Source: Micavibrio sp. TMED2 | GTDB lineage: Bacteria; Pseudomonadota; Alphaproteobacteria; TMED2 | Reading direction: 5' to 3' | DNA: 64,000 nucleotides | Assembly: GCA_002168225.1 (NCBI GenBank) | Contig: NHBH01000001.1 | Coordinates: 93,955 to 157,954 of the forward strand | Shown: piece after piece, positions 52,009 to 62,213 of the stretch | Layout: the number at the start of each line of letters is the position of its first letter | How positions within the stretch are numbered: the stretch's first letter is position 1 | Translations under genes and position numbers: made by a program | Notes under the pieces: model-generated | Database searches by the model: none | What the model saw: the letters and a program-made list of their open reading frames with translations, nothing else | What the model was told of the DNA's origin: nothing

Positions 52009-52025
52009 CCGGCACGCATCTTGTA
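52009..52025 (+). promoter_or_regulatory. Candidate sigma54 promoter of glnK-amtB (CGGCACG-N4-TTGTA)
   Basis: GG-N10-GT, close to the TGGCACG-N4-TTGCW consensus; the -12 C is replaced by T. Confidence 0.5.
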
Positions 52026-52137
52026 TTAGGTTGCCCGGCAAATCGTAAAACAACTTGCCGAGTTCATGTCCGGACCGTTTTTCCCTCGAGCATTGGTTCT
52101 CAAGGCGGCGGTACCGGTACCAACAACGGCGGCATGA

Positions 52138-52488
<351 letters not shown>

Positions 52489-52552
52489 CCCATCAGATCA
52501 TTCGATCGACTTCCCATTCAAACAGATAACCATCGACGGAGTATTTTCAGCA

Positions 52553-53911
52553 ATGAAATCCCCTATGACAAAAATGGCCATGATGGGTGCGGGTATCCTC
52601 GCCTTCATGCTGCCTTCCGATTATGCGGCGGCGGCCGTCTCTGACGAGACCGCGTTTATTTTCAACACCTTCTCTTTCCTCGTTTGCGGCGCCCTCGTCA
52701 TGTGGATGGCTGCCGGTTTCGCAATGCTCGAAAGCGGCCTGGTCCGGTCCAAAAACACCGCCACCATCTGCCTGAAAAATATCGCGCTCTATGCCATCGC
52801 CGGTATCATGTATTACCTGCTCGGCTATGACCTGATGTACACCGATGTCAGCGGTTACATCGGCTCATTCTCATTCCTCTATGACACTTCGGCTGCCGAA
52901 CTGGCGCTGCTCAATGCCGATGAAGCCACCCCGGCACTGATCGCTGCCGTGACCGAAAACGGTTACTCGGTCATGTCTGACTGGTTCTTCCAGATGGTGT
53001 TCGTTGCTACCGCAGCGTCGATCGTTTCCGGCACGCTGGCCGAGCGTATCAAGCTGTGGCCATTCCTGATCTTCGCGGCGATCCTGTCTGCGATCATCTA
53101 TCCGATCCAGGGTTCATGGACCTGGGGCGGCGGCTGGCTCTCTGAAATGGGCTTCAGCGACTTCGCCGGTTCAACCATTGTGCACTCTGTCGGCGGCTGG
53201 GCTGCCCTCGTCGGTGCCCTGATCCTCGGACCTCGTAAAGGCAAGTACAACGCCGATGGTTCCATCAACCCGATGCCCGGCGCAAACCTGCCGCTGGCCA
53301 CGCTCGGTACCTTCGTCCTGTGGCTCGGCTGGTTCGGCTTCAATGGCGGCTCACAGCTGGCTCTCGGCTCTGCGCTTGATGCCTCTGCCATGGCTATCGT
53401 GTTCGTGAACACCAACCTCGCTGCCTGTGGCGGTGTTGTTGCTGCCATGATCGTCAGCCAACTGATGTTCAAGAAGGTTGATCTGACCATGGCCCTCAAC
53501 GGTGCCATTGCCGGTCTGGTTTCCATCACTGCCGGTCCTGATCTGCAGGTTGGCCTGATGTCAATCATCGTCGGCGCAATCGGTGGTGTTCTGGTGGTTC
53601 TCGCCGTTCCTGCCATCGACAAGCTTAAAATCGACGATGTGGTCGGTGCGATCTCTGCTCACCTTGTTGCCGGTATCTGGGGCACCCTCGCGGTTGCCAT
53701 CTTCGGTTCCGGTGACTTAGTCGTCCAGATCACCGGTATCGTTGCCGTTGCCATCTTCGTGTCTATCACCAGCGCGATTGTCTGGTTTGCCCTGAAGTTC
53801 ACCATCGGCATCCGCGTCTCCGAAGAAGACGAGGAAAGCGGCCTCGACAAGGCAGAGCTCGGCATGGAAGCCTATCCGGAATTCGGCCACGGTTCACAAA
53901 CCATCGGCTAA
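52553..53911 (+). CDS. amtB: Ammonium transporter
   Basis: DFAGSTIVHSVGGW, WLGWFGFNGGS, DDVVGAISAH. Confidence 0.96.
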   Translation: MKSPMTKMAMMGAGILAFMLPSDYAAAAVSDETAFIFNTFSFLVCGALVMWMAAGFAMLESGLVRSKNTATICLKNIALYAIAGIMYYLLGYDLMYTDVSGYIGSFSFLYDTSAAELALLNADEATPALIAAVTENGYSVMSDWFFQMVFVATAASIVSGTLAERIKLWPFLIFAAILSAIIYPIQGSWTWGGGWLSEMGFSDFAGSTIVHSVGGWAALVGALILGPRKGKYNADGSINPMPGANLPLATLGTFVLWLGWFGFNGGSQLALGSALDASAMAIVFVNTNLAACGGVVAAMIVSQLMFKKVDLTMALNGAIAGLVSITAGPDLQVGLMSIIVGAIGGVLVVLAVPAIDKLKIDDVVGAISAHLVAGIWGTLAVAIFGSGDLVVQITGIVAVAIFVSITSAIVWFALKFTIGIRVSEEDEESGLDKAELGMEAYPEFGHGSQTIG

Positions 53912-53936
53912 ATCCCGCGCAATATATGCAAAAGAG

Positions 53937-53965
53937 AGCCCGGCTGGCAGCAGCCGGGCTTTTTT
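53937..53965 (+). terminator. Rho-independent terminator after amtB
   Basis: AGCCCGGCTG-GCAG-CAGCCGGGCT perfect stem plus T-run. Confidence 0.9.
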
Positions 53966-54046
53966 TGTGCCGTGGCTTAAATCCTTTGTTAAGCGCGGAT
54001 CGTTACGCTCGTTCCGATGTCGTCAAAAGATGTGCGAGAACGCCAA

Positions 54047-56209
54047 ATGCTGAAGAAACTCAAACTCACCGTCAAACTCCCGCTGGTTACAGTGTCTGTC
54101 GCCGCGCTGGTTGCAATCACCATGGGTGCCGCCTGCTTCCTCATCGCCAGCAAGGGCGTGGCACAACAGACCGACAACCGGCTCGAGGCTGTTGCCAGAA
54201 AGGCGGCAGAGAGCGTTCATGCGCGCATGGAATCAATCGAGCGCGAATTGCTGCTCACGGCCGGTAATCCGAATACGGTAACCGCCGTGGAATCCTTCCG
54301 TGATGCCTGGAAGGAACTGCGCGGCAACCAGACCGAAAAGCTGCAATCCGCCTATATCACCAATAACCCGAACCCGACCGGGCAAAAGGACATGCTCGAC
54401 GATGCCGGAACCGGCACGACCTATGATGTCATCCATGCCTGGTTCCATCCGTGGTTCCATAAGTTCCAGCAGGATGGCGGGTACTACGACGTCTTCCTGT
54501 TCGATGCAGAGGGCAATCTCGTCTACTCCGTGTTCAAGGAACTGGATTTCGCCACCAATTTCGGCGACAGCAATCCCGGTCAATGGGCAAAAACCGACCT
54601 TGGCACCGTGTTCCGTGAGGCCATGAAGGCTGGCGAGGCCGGCAAGGTGGCATTCACCGACTTCCAACCCTATGCCCCAAGCGCCAACGCCCCGGCAGGC
54701 TTTATCTCGACACCGGTCGTCAATCTCGGTGGCGAGGTTATTGGCGTACTCGCCCTGCAGATGCCGATCGACGAGTTAAGCAACATCATGGCCGCACCGG
54801 ACGGCCTTGGCGAAACCGGTGAGTTGCTGCTGGTCGGCGATGATGGCCTGTTGCGCAATGACTCCCGGTTCAGCCCAGATGTGAATGATGTGCTGGCAAC
54901 TGCTGCGGGTTTCGACCCGGTTGCCGATGCCAGCAGTGCCAATGACACAACCAGTTTCGGCGCATCCCACAAATACCGGAATGCCGAAATGCACTTCGCC
55001 GCGACACCATTCGAATTTCACGGCGTCACATGGCAACTGGTTGCGGTTCAGGAAAACCGCGAGGCCTATGCCATGATCGCCAATCTCGGATGGCTTATTG
55101 CCGCAATTACAGGTGGAGCCATCCTGTTTGCTGCCGCCGCCGGTTATGCCTCATCACGCACCGTGACCAAGCCGCTGACCGGGCTGGTCGACACCATGCG
55201 CCGCCTTGCCGATGGCAATACCGAGGTCGAGGTTGATGCCACCGACCGCGCCGATGAGATCGGCGATATGGCCCAGACCGTTCTGGTCTTCCGTGAAAAC
55301 GCCATCGAGCGGATCAAGCTCGAACAGATCACCGCGTCGGAAAACAGCCAGAAACAGGAACGCCAGGACGCCATCGATCGCCTGATTGGTGAATTCCGTG
55401 AAGAAATGGATCAGACACTGAAACAGGTGGATGCCCAGATCGACGAGGTACTGGATCTTGCCGAACAGATGTCTGCCCTCGCGCAAAGCTCTGCCGATCA
55501 GTCGAGAAGTTCCAGCCGTGCTGCGGAAACCGCTTCCAGCAACGTACAGAGCGTTGCTTCTGCCTCCGAAGAAATGACCGCAGCGATCCTCGAGATTTCC
55601 GAACAGGTCGAGCGCACCAAGGGCGTCGTGGAAACCACCACCGGATCGGCCATGACGGCACGGGATCGGATCAGCTCACTTGATGAATCCGCAAAACAGA
55701 TCGAGGCAGTGATTACCCTGATCCAGGATATCGCCGAGCAGACCAATCTGCTCGCCCTCAACGCCACGATTGAGGCTGCGCGCGCCGGTGATGCCGGTAA
55801 GGGCTTTGCCGTTGTCGCTGCCGAGGTCAAGAACCTCGCCAACCAGACGGCGCAGGCAACACAGGATATCGGCCAGCAGATCAGCGGCATTCAAGGCTCA
55901 ACCAATGACGCGGTCAGTGCCATCGCCGAGATCGCCCAGCATGTGGAATCGGTCAGCGAATACACAGGTTCCATCGCAGCCGCGATTGCCGAACAGAGCA
56001 GCACAACCGGTGAGATCAACCGCAGCGTACAGGAAGCGGCGAGCGGTACCAATCTGGCAGCCGAAAACATGATGCATGTTGATGAGGCCATCGCCCAGAC
56101 ATCGGAGGCTTCAACCAAAGTCAAATCAGCGAGTATGGCCATGGTCGAGCAGACCGGCGTCATGCGCGACCGGGTCACACAGTTCCTGCAGTCGGTTTCC
56201 GCCGCCTAG
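54047..56209 (+). CDS. Methyl-accepting chemotaxis protein (dCache-type sensor, HAMP, MA domain)
   Basis: TM1, [16 protein letters not shown] sensor, TM2, HAMP (DEIGDMA), [20 protein letters not shown]. Confidence 0.95.
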   Translation: MLKKLKLTVKLPLVTVSVAALVAITMGAACFLIASKGVAQQTDNRLEAVARKAAESVHARMESIERELLLTAGNPNTVTAVESFRDAWKELRGNQTEKLQSAYITNNPNPTGQKDMLDDAGTGTTYDVIHAWFHPWFHKFQQDGGYYDVFLFDAEGNLVYSVFKELDFATNFGDSNPGQWAKTDLGTVFREAMKAGEAGKVAFTDFQPYAPSANAPAGFISTPVVNLGGEVIGVLALQMPIDELSNIMAAPDGLGETGELLLVGDDGLLRNDSRFSPDVNDVLATAAGFDPVADASSANDTTSFGASHKYRNAEMHFAATPFEFHGVTWQLVAVQENREAYAMIANLGWLIAAITGGAILFAAAAGYASSRTVTKPLTGLVDTMRRLADGNTEVEVDATDRADEIGDMAQTVLVFRENAIERIKLEQITASENSQKQERQDAIDRLIGEFREEMDQTLKQVDAQIDEVLDLAEQMSALAQSSADQSRSSSRAAETASSNVQSVASASEEMTAAILEISEQVERTKGVVETTTGSAMTARDRISSLDESAKQIEAVITLIQDIAEQTNLLALNATIEAARAGDAGKGFAVVAAEVKNLANQTAQATQDIGQQISGIQGSTNDAVSAIAEIAQHVESVSEYTGSIAAAIAEQSSTTGEINRSVQEAASGTNLAAENMMHVDEAIAQTSEASTKVKSASMAMVEQTGVMRDRVTQFLQSVSAA

Positions 56210-56241
56210 AACACAACCCTAGACATCCTCTCTTCCCCTTG

Positions 56242-56271
56242 CCCGGCCGCGCAATCGGCCGGGTTCTTTTT
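56242..56271 (+). terminator. Rho-independent terminator after first MCP
   Basis: CCCGGCCG/CGGCCGGG stem plus T-rich run. Confidence 0.85.
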
Positions 56272-56432
56272 GTGTGTGGTCGGCATTTCGGGGCTGGTCG
56301 AAATTTCCGGCGTTTATCTTGGTTTAAATAACCTTTCAGCAACCATATCCGGTGAAACTAATAGGTAATATTCAGTCGGATCACTTCCTGAACCGGCGCC
56401 AGACCTACGAAAACAAACAAAAGAGCAGCACC

Positions 56433-58322
56433 ATGATACTGAAGCGATTGTCCATCAAAGCCCGCATCGTACTTCTGTGCTCCATTCCGTTGGTAGCACT
56501 CGCCACCATGCAGGCAAAAACCATCCATGACAGCGCTTCGGTCATCAAGCAGACCGAAGCCAATGCCGAGCTGCTGCGACTGATGCCGATCGTGGCAGAG
56601 CTGATCCATACGCTGCAGGTCGAACGCGGCCAGTCGGCAGGGCATATCGCATCCGGTGGCAAGGCCTTCGCCGACACCCTGCCGCAAAAACGTGCAGACA
56701 GTGACGAGGCGCTGAAACAGTTCAACAATATCCTGATCGGTCTCTATGGCGAGAAACTGCCCGCTGGTATGGCGCAACACGCCAATGATGCCGCCGCCGA
56801 GCTGACCTCCATCGGCACCATGCGCGGTACCGTCACGGCACTTGCCACAGCCGTCCCGGATATGGCGCGGTATTATACCGGTATCATCAATGCCTTGCTG
56901 CACATCACCGAAAGCATGGTCAGTGTCACCAGCCATACCGATCTGGTCCGCAGCATCGAGGCATTCAATGCCCTCAGCCATGGCAAGGAGATTGCCGGTC
57001 TCGAACGTGCCGCCGGGGCCACCGGTTTTGGTGCCGGACAATTCACACCGGGTGTCTATCAGAAGTTCCTGACCCTGAATGCAAAGCAGATCAGCTACTT
57101 TGAAACATTCATGGTGAACACCAATACATCAAATGCCGAACTGTTCCGTCAGCATATCAGCAGCCATCCCGATTATGAGAAGATGGTCAATGCGGTGAAA
57201 AATTCACCCTTCAGCGCCAGCGTCGTGGCCGTCACGGCACCCCAGTGGTTTGCCGCCAGCACCGCCCGCATCGAGGATCTGAAGAGCATCGAGGAACTTG
57301 CCATCAAGGATACGGAAACCCTGATCAATGGTCATATCGAGACGGAAAGCGCCGTGCTGTGGCGGGAGATCCTGCTCACCATCCTGTCCATGCTCGGCAC
57401 CAGTGCTGCGGCCTATATCATCAGCCGCTCGATCGTGAAGCCACTGCGTGCGATGACCGACAAGATGCAGGCCCGGCAGGACATCGTCGACAACCTGATC
57501 GGCGAGTTCCGCACCCGGATCGAGGAAACCCTGCAGCAGGTGGATGTGGAGCTGAACGAGGTCGAGACACTGGCCGAACACATGGCGTCACTGGCGCTCA
57601 CCTCGGCTGACCAGTCCAAGAACTCCAGCCGGGCTGCCGGTGATGCGTCAGAGAATGTCCAGAGCGTCGCCTCGGCCTGTGAGCAGATGAGCGTCTCGAT
57701 CCGGGAGATTTCCGAACAGATCGAACGGACCACCAATGTGGTAGAAACCGCGACTGACTCTGCCGCTACCGCCCGTCAACGGATTGCCACCCTCGATGAG
57801 GCCTCCAAACAGATCGAGGCGGTGATTACCCTGATCCAGGATATCGCCGAGCAGACCAACCTGCTCGCCCTCAACGCCACGATCGAGGCTGCACGCGCCG
57901 GTGATGCCGGCAAGGGCTTCGCCGTCGTCGCCGCCGAGGTCAAGACACTGGCCAACCAGACGGCACAGGCAACGCAGGAGATCAGCCAGCAGATCATCGG
58001 TATCCAGACCACCACCACCGATGCGGTCAGTGCGATTGCCGAAATCGCCCAGCATGTGGAGGCGGTCAGCGACTATACCGGTTCCATCGCCGCCGCGATC
58101 ACCGAGCAGAGCAGCGCCACGGCTGAAATCAACCGCAGCGTGCAGGAAGCGGCCAATGGCACACAGGAGGTGGCCGACAACATGGCCTCGGTCGATGATG
58201 CCATCAACCAGACCAGCGAGGCGTCAACACAGGTCAAGACCGCCAGCAATGCCATGGCGACCCAGACCAGCGACATGCGCACCCGCATTACGGAGTTCCT
58301 GCAGGCAGTTGCCGCCGCCTGA
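56433..58322 (+). CDS. Methyl-accepting chemotaxis protein with NIT (nitrate/nitrite) sensor and truncated HAMP
   Basis: [14 protein letters not shown] and [12 protein letters not shown] motifs; MA domain closely related to the upstream MCP. Confidence 0.9.
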   Translation: MILKRLSIKARIVLLCSIPLVALATMQAKTIHDSASVIKQTEANAELLRLMPIVAELIHTLQVERGQSAGHIASGGKAFADTLPQKRADSDEALKQFNNILIGLYGEKLPAGMAQHANDAAAELTSIGTMRGTVTALATAVPDMARYYTGIINALLHITESMVSVTSHTDLVRSIEAFNALSHGKEIAGLERAAGATGFGAGQFTPGVYQKFLTLNAKQISYFETFMVNTNTSNAELFRQHISSHPDYEKMVNAVKNSPFSASVVAVTAPQWFAASTARIEDLKSIEELAIKDTETLINGHIETESAVLWREILLTILSMLGTSAAAYIISRSIVKPLRAMTDKMQARQDIVDNLIGEFRTRIEETLQQVDVELNEVETLAEHMASLALTSADQSKNSSRAAGDASENVQSVASACEQMSVSIREISEQIERTTNVVETATDSAATARQRIATLDEASKQIEAVITLIQDIAEQTNLLALNATIEAARAGDAGKGFAVVAAEVKTLANQTAQATQEISQQIIGIQTTTTDAVSAIAEIAQHVEAVSDYTGSIAAAITEQSSATAEINRSVQEAANGTQEVADNMASVDDAINQTSEASTQVKTASNAMATQTSDMRTRITEFLQAVAAA

Positions 58323-58352
58323 GGCAGCGATTACCCCTTACAACAAATCAGT

Positions 58353-58382
58353 AAAAGGCCCGGCCCATATGTCGGGCCTTTT
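58353..58382. terminator. Hairpin terminator after second MCP (A- and T-tracts on both sides)
   Basis: AAAAGGCCCGG...TCGGGCCTTTT. Confidence 0.85.
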
Positions 58383-58447
58383 GCTTGGCGCTTTACTGCA
58401 GAGGGTTTAAGAAACCGGATCAGTTTCACTGTTCCCGACCCCGCACC

Positions 58448-59170
58448 ATGTCACCCGAGCCAAAATCACCCCTGCAGGACGCTGTAGACATCGCCGTGAT
58501 CCGCGCCTGCAATGGCCGTCACGGGCGCAGCCTGATCGCACTCGCCGACAAGGCATCTGCGCGACGGGAGATGCTCAGAGAGATCACCGCCGCCGCCTCG
58601 GAAAGCGGTGCGATCCTGCTGCCGCTCGACGGCACTGACGGGAAGGCTCCACTCGTGAAGCGCATTGCCAGTGCAGCCGAACAGGTGCTTGAGCAGCTGC
58701 CGGAAAGCGGGATGACGCGGCGCGTGCTCAACGGCTTCAAGCGCGCCCATGGCCTGACCGCGCAACCGGTGCCGCTCGGTGAGACCGAACCGGGCATTGC
58801 CGACAGCGGCATGGTGAGCCTCGATGTGCCGGAGCTGCTCGCCGAACTCGGCAAGGCGGCGAAGGCCAATGGCAAGGCTATCGCAGTTACCATCGGCAAT
58901 ATGGACGGGCTGTCGCTCGATGATCTCGGCACTGTGATTACCGGGCTGCATCAGGCCGGACAAAAATCCTTGCCAATCCTGCTGTTTGGGACAGGATCAC
59001 ATAAAATGCCCTCCCGTGCCGCGACCGCACGATCCTATGCCGAACGGATGTTCGATTTCCCAACCATGAGTGGCCCGCCCCATGCCGACCAACCCGCTGA
59101 TCGACCAGCTTCCCGACTATCCGTTCCAGCGCCTGCGCGACCTGCTCGACCCGGTAACACCGGCCCATAA
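58448..59170 (+). pseudogene. Degenerate, truncated AAA-type P-loop ATPase-like ORF
   Basis: LHQAGQKSLPILLFGTG...SYAERMFDF resembles a known ATPase family, but the Walker A/B positions read ALADKASARR and TIGNMD; the last 89 bp overlap the next gene. Confidence 0.45.
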
Positions 59171-60272
59171 CGGTGCACCGCTCAACCTGACCATCGGTGA
59201 GCCGCAGGGCGTGCCACCGCTCTGGATGAACGAGATCATCACCGAGAACGCCCATCTCTGGGGCAAATACCCGCCGGTTGACGGCACACCGGAATACCGG
59301 CTGGCGGCGCGGAACTGGCTGGTTCGGCGCTATGGTGCTGCCGCGGACAGCCTCGATCCCGACCGCCATATCCTCGCCGTGCCGGGCACCAAGGAAACGC
59401 TGTATTTCCTCGCCCAGCTCCTGACCCCGGCCACTAATGCGGACGGCAACCAGCCGCTCGCCCTGCTGCCGAACCCGGCCTATATGGTCTATGAGGGTGC
59501 GGGCGTAATGGCGGGGGCAAAGCTGCATTACCTGCCCGCCACCGCCGAAACCGGTTTCCTGCCCGATCTCGAGGCAATCCCGGCAGAGGTAATGGACCGG
59601 GCTGCCTTCATGTATCTGTGCACGCCGTCAAACCCGGAAGGGGCGGCTGCCGATCTCGCCTATCTGAAACGGGCGCTGGAACTGGCACGGACCCATGATT
59701 TTGTGCTGATTGCCGATGAATGCTACGCCGATGTCTATCTCGGCGAGACCCCGCCTGATGGCGCGGTGCAGGCGGCAAATGGCGATTTCAGCAATCTGAT
59801 CATCTGTCACAGCCTGTCGAAACGCTCCAACGCCGCCGGGCTGCGTGCCGGTTTTATCGCCGGTGATCCGGCCCTGATCGCCAAGTTCAGACGCTTGCGC
59901 AGCTATGGTGCAGCGGTCATGCCGCTGCCACTGGTCGCCGCCGCCACCGCTCTCTGGAACGATGATGACCACGCCGCCGAAATCCGCGCCGGTTACCGCA
60001 CCCGGTTCGAGACCGCGCATCATATCCTGCAGGATGCCACCGACTGGCAGATACCGGCAGGCGGCTTTTTCGCTTGGCTCAATGTGGGTGACAGCATCGC
60101 CATGACCGAGAAACTCTGGCGCGAGCAGGGCCTGCGCGTCCTGCCCGGTGCCTTCCTCGGCAAAGACATGCCCGACGGCAGCAACCCCGGCAAAAACTAC
60201 ATCCGCGTCGCCCTCGTCCACGACCTGCCGGTGATCGAGGAAGCCATGTTACGCATCAGAGCGGCTATGTAG
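59082..60272 (+). CDS. PLP-dependent class I/II aminotransferase (N-succinyldiaminopimelate aminotransferase-like)
   Basis: DYPFQRL, LTIGEPQ, CTPSNPEG, DECY, SLSKRSNAAGLRAGF (PLP lysine). Confidence 0.9.
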   Translation: MPTNPLIDQLPDYPFQRLRDLLDPVTPAHNGAPLNLTIGEPQGVPPLWMNEIITENAHLWGKYPPVDGTPEYRLAARNWLVRRYGAAADSLDPDRHILAVPGTKETLYFLAQLLTPATNADGNQPLALLPNPAYMVYEGAGVMAGAKLHYLPATAETGFLPDLEAIPAEVMDRAAFMYLCTPSNPEGAAADLAYLKRALELARTHDFVLIADECYADVYLGETPPDGAVQAANGDFSNLIICHSLSKRSNAAGLRAGFIAGDPALIAKFRRLRSYGAAVMPLPLVAAATALWNDDDHAAEIRAGYRTRFETAHHILQDATDWQIPAGGFFAWLNVGDSIAMTEKLWREQGLRVLPGAFLGKDMPDGSNPGKNYIRVALVHDLPVIEEAMLRIRAAM

Positions 60273-61227
60273 CCTGATCTGCATCCGGTGGCAGGCCGAC
60301 GAGCAGGCGGGCGAAGCTGGCGGCGGTGAAGGGGCGGAGGTCGTCGATGCCTTCGCCGACACCGATGGCATGGACCGGCAGGCCGAACCGTTCGGCGAGG
60401 CCGATCACCACACCACCACGGGCCGAGCCATCGAGCTTGGTCACCACGAGGCCGGTGACATTGGCGATTTTCTGGAATGCCTCGACCTGACTGAAGGCGT
60501 TCTGGCCAACTGTGGCGTCGAGCACGAGCACGGTGCTGTGCGGCGCATCGGGGTCGAGCTTTTTCAGTACTCGTGAGATTTTCTCCAGCTCGGCCATCAG
60601 GTTGGACTGGTTCTGCAACCGTCCGGCGGTATCGATCAGCACAACATCGCGGCCATCGGCGCGGGCACTCTCCACCGCCTCGAAGGCAACCCCGGCGGCA
60701 TCGGCACCGTGATCGCGGGCGATAACCGGACAGTTGGCGCGCTCGCCCCAGATTTTCAGCTGCTCGATCGCGGCAGCCCGGAAGGTGTCACCGGCGGCGA
60801 GCGTCACGGTGAAGCGGTTGTCCTGCAGCAGGTTGGCGAGCTTGGCGATGGTGGTGGTTTTGCCGGAGCCATTGACGCCGACCACCAGCACCACATGGGG
60901 CCGGTGCGCGGTCTTGACCTCGAGCGGCTGGACCACCGGTTCGAGCATCGGCTCGATGATCTTCGCCAGCGCTGCCTTGACCTCATCCGGGTCGGCATTG
61001 CGACCGAATTTCTGACCAGCAAGCTGGGCGACGATCTTGGCCGCCGGGGCCGGGCCGAGATCGGCAGTGATCAGCAGTTCCTCGAGCTCTTCCAGTGCAT
61101 CATCATCCAGCGGGCGACCGCTGAAGATATCGGCAATTCCGCCGCCGATCTTGTCGGAGGATTTGGAGAGGCCACCGGCAAGCCGCGACAGCCAGCCACC
61201 GGTTTTCTGTTTGGTTTGTTCGCTCAT
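60265..61227 (-). CDS. ftsY: SRP receptor FtsY
   Basis: GVNGSGKTTT, DTFRAAA, DTAGRLQ, TKLDG. Confidence 0.97.
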   Translation of the reverse strand: MSEQTKQKTGGWLSRLAGGLSKSSDKIGGGIADIFSGRPLDDDALEELEELLITADLGPAPAAKIVAQLAGQKFGRNADPDEVKAALAKIIEPMLEPVVQPLEVKTAHRPHVVLVVGVNGSGKTTTIAKLANLLQDNRFTVTLAAGDTFRAAAIEQLKIWGERANCPVIARDHGADAAGVAFEAVESARADGRDVVLIDTAGRLQNQSNLMAELEKISRVLKKLDPDAPHSTVLVLDATVGQNAFSQVEAFQKIANVTGLVVTKLDGSARGGVVIGLAERFGLPVHAIGVGEGIDDLRPFTAASFARLLVGLPPDADQAT

Positions 61228-61370
61228 GATCGCCGATGTAGCGGGCCTGATGCCCGAGGGCAAGGGGCAGACACAAAACTCGGGCTGAAATTTGTATCAA
61301 TTGTAATGTTGGTCCCAAAACGATAACCATCAAACCTGATTACAAAGCAGTCAGGAGACAAAGAAGCACC

Positions 61371-62213
61371 ATGAAAACCTTGCGTATAATTCACTCACCA
61401 TCACGCAGCGGCGGCACCCTTATGTGTAAAAGCATCGCAACAATGCAGAATGTCGAGCTTTACAGTGAAATTCATCCGCAAGGCCCAACCCTTCTGAAAA
61501 AATACCAGCGCCACCCGGTCTTTCTTATCGTCAATATTCGGGCACAGGCATTTACCTGGTTCAACCATTATTCCGATGATCAAAAGAATGAAATCTGGAG
61601 CCCGACTGATATTAACAATGCCAAAGCGCATATTGATGAACTGGTCACCCTTTGCGAAGCACGGGGGCACACAATGGTTATTCGGGATTGGTCACATATC
61701 GACTTCTTCGGCGAACCGTACTGCCAACCACAATTCAAACCGCAACTGCTTGAAGAACTTCAGGACAGTTATGAAATCACATCGACTGTCACTGCCCGGC
61801 ATCCGATCGGCATGTGGCTGTCATTCCAGACCAGCGATGTTCTGAAAATCGCATATAGCAACAAGGATGGTTACCTCAAATTTCTGAAACATTATCTGGA
61901 GTACGCCAAATACTTTCTGGATCAGGGGTTTGTGAAATACGAAGACTTTGTCTCTGACCGTGACGGCACAGCAGAAAAAATGTGCAAGGCACTAAATATG
62001 AAATTCGACCCGACCTATAAGGACCGGTTTGACGGCTATAAAAATATCACCGGGGATTCCGCAGCCTCCGGCAAGACCAGCTATCGATCCGCCAGCCGGG
62101 TTATCAATAGCACGCTTTTCGGGCAGTTGAAGGCTGAGCCTGACTATACGGCGCTTTGCGACCTGCTTGGTTACGATCCGGAAAGCGTGCCCTACGGCTA
62201 TACGATCAGCTGA
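61371..62213 (+). CDS. Sulfotransferase-family protein (low GC)
   Basis: 5'-PSB loop HSPSRSGGTL, EIHP, 3'-PB ARHPIGMWLS, VKYEDFV. Confidence 0.75.
   Translation: MKTLRIIHSPSRSGGTLMCKSIATMQNVELYSEIHPQGPTLLKKYQRHPVFLIVNIRAQAFTWFNHYSDDQKNEIWSPTDINNAKAHIDELVTLCEARGHTMVIRDWSHIDFFGEPYCQPQFKPQLLEELQDSYEITSTVTARHPIGMWLSFQTSDVLKIAYSNKDGYLKFLKHYLEYAKYFLDQGFVKYEDFVSDRDGTAEKMCKALNMKFDPTYKDRFDGYKNITGDSAASGKTSYRSASRVINSTLFGQLKAEPDYTALCDLLGYDPESVPYGYTIS

Noticed and set aside
53976-53991. TTAA-N8-TTAA upstream of the first MCP as a CtrA box
   Set aside because: Spacer is 8 rather than 7; too weak to call.
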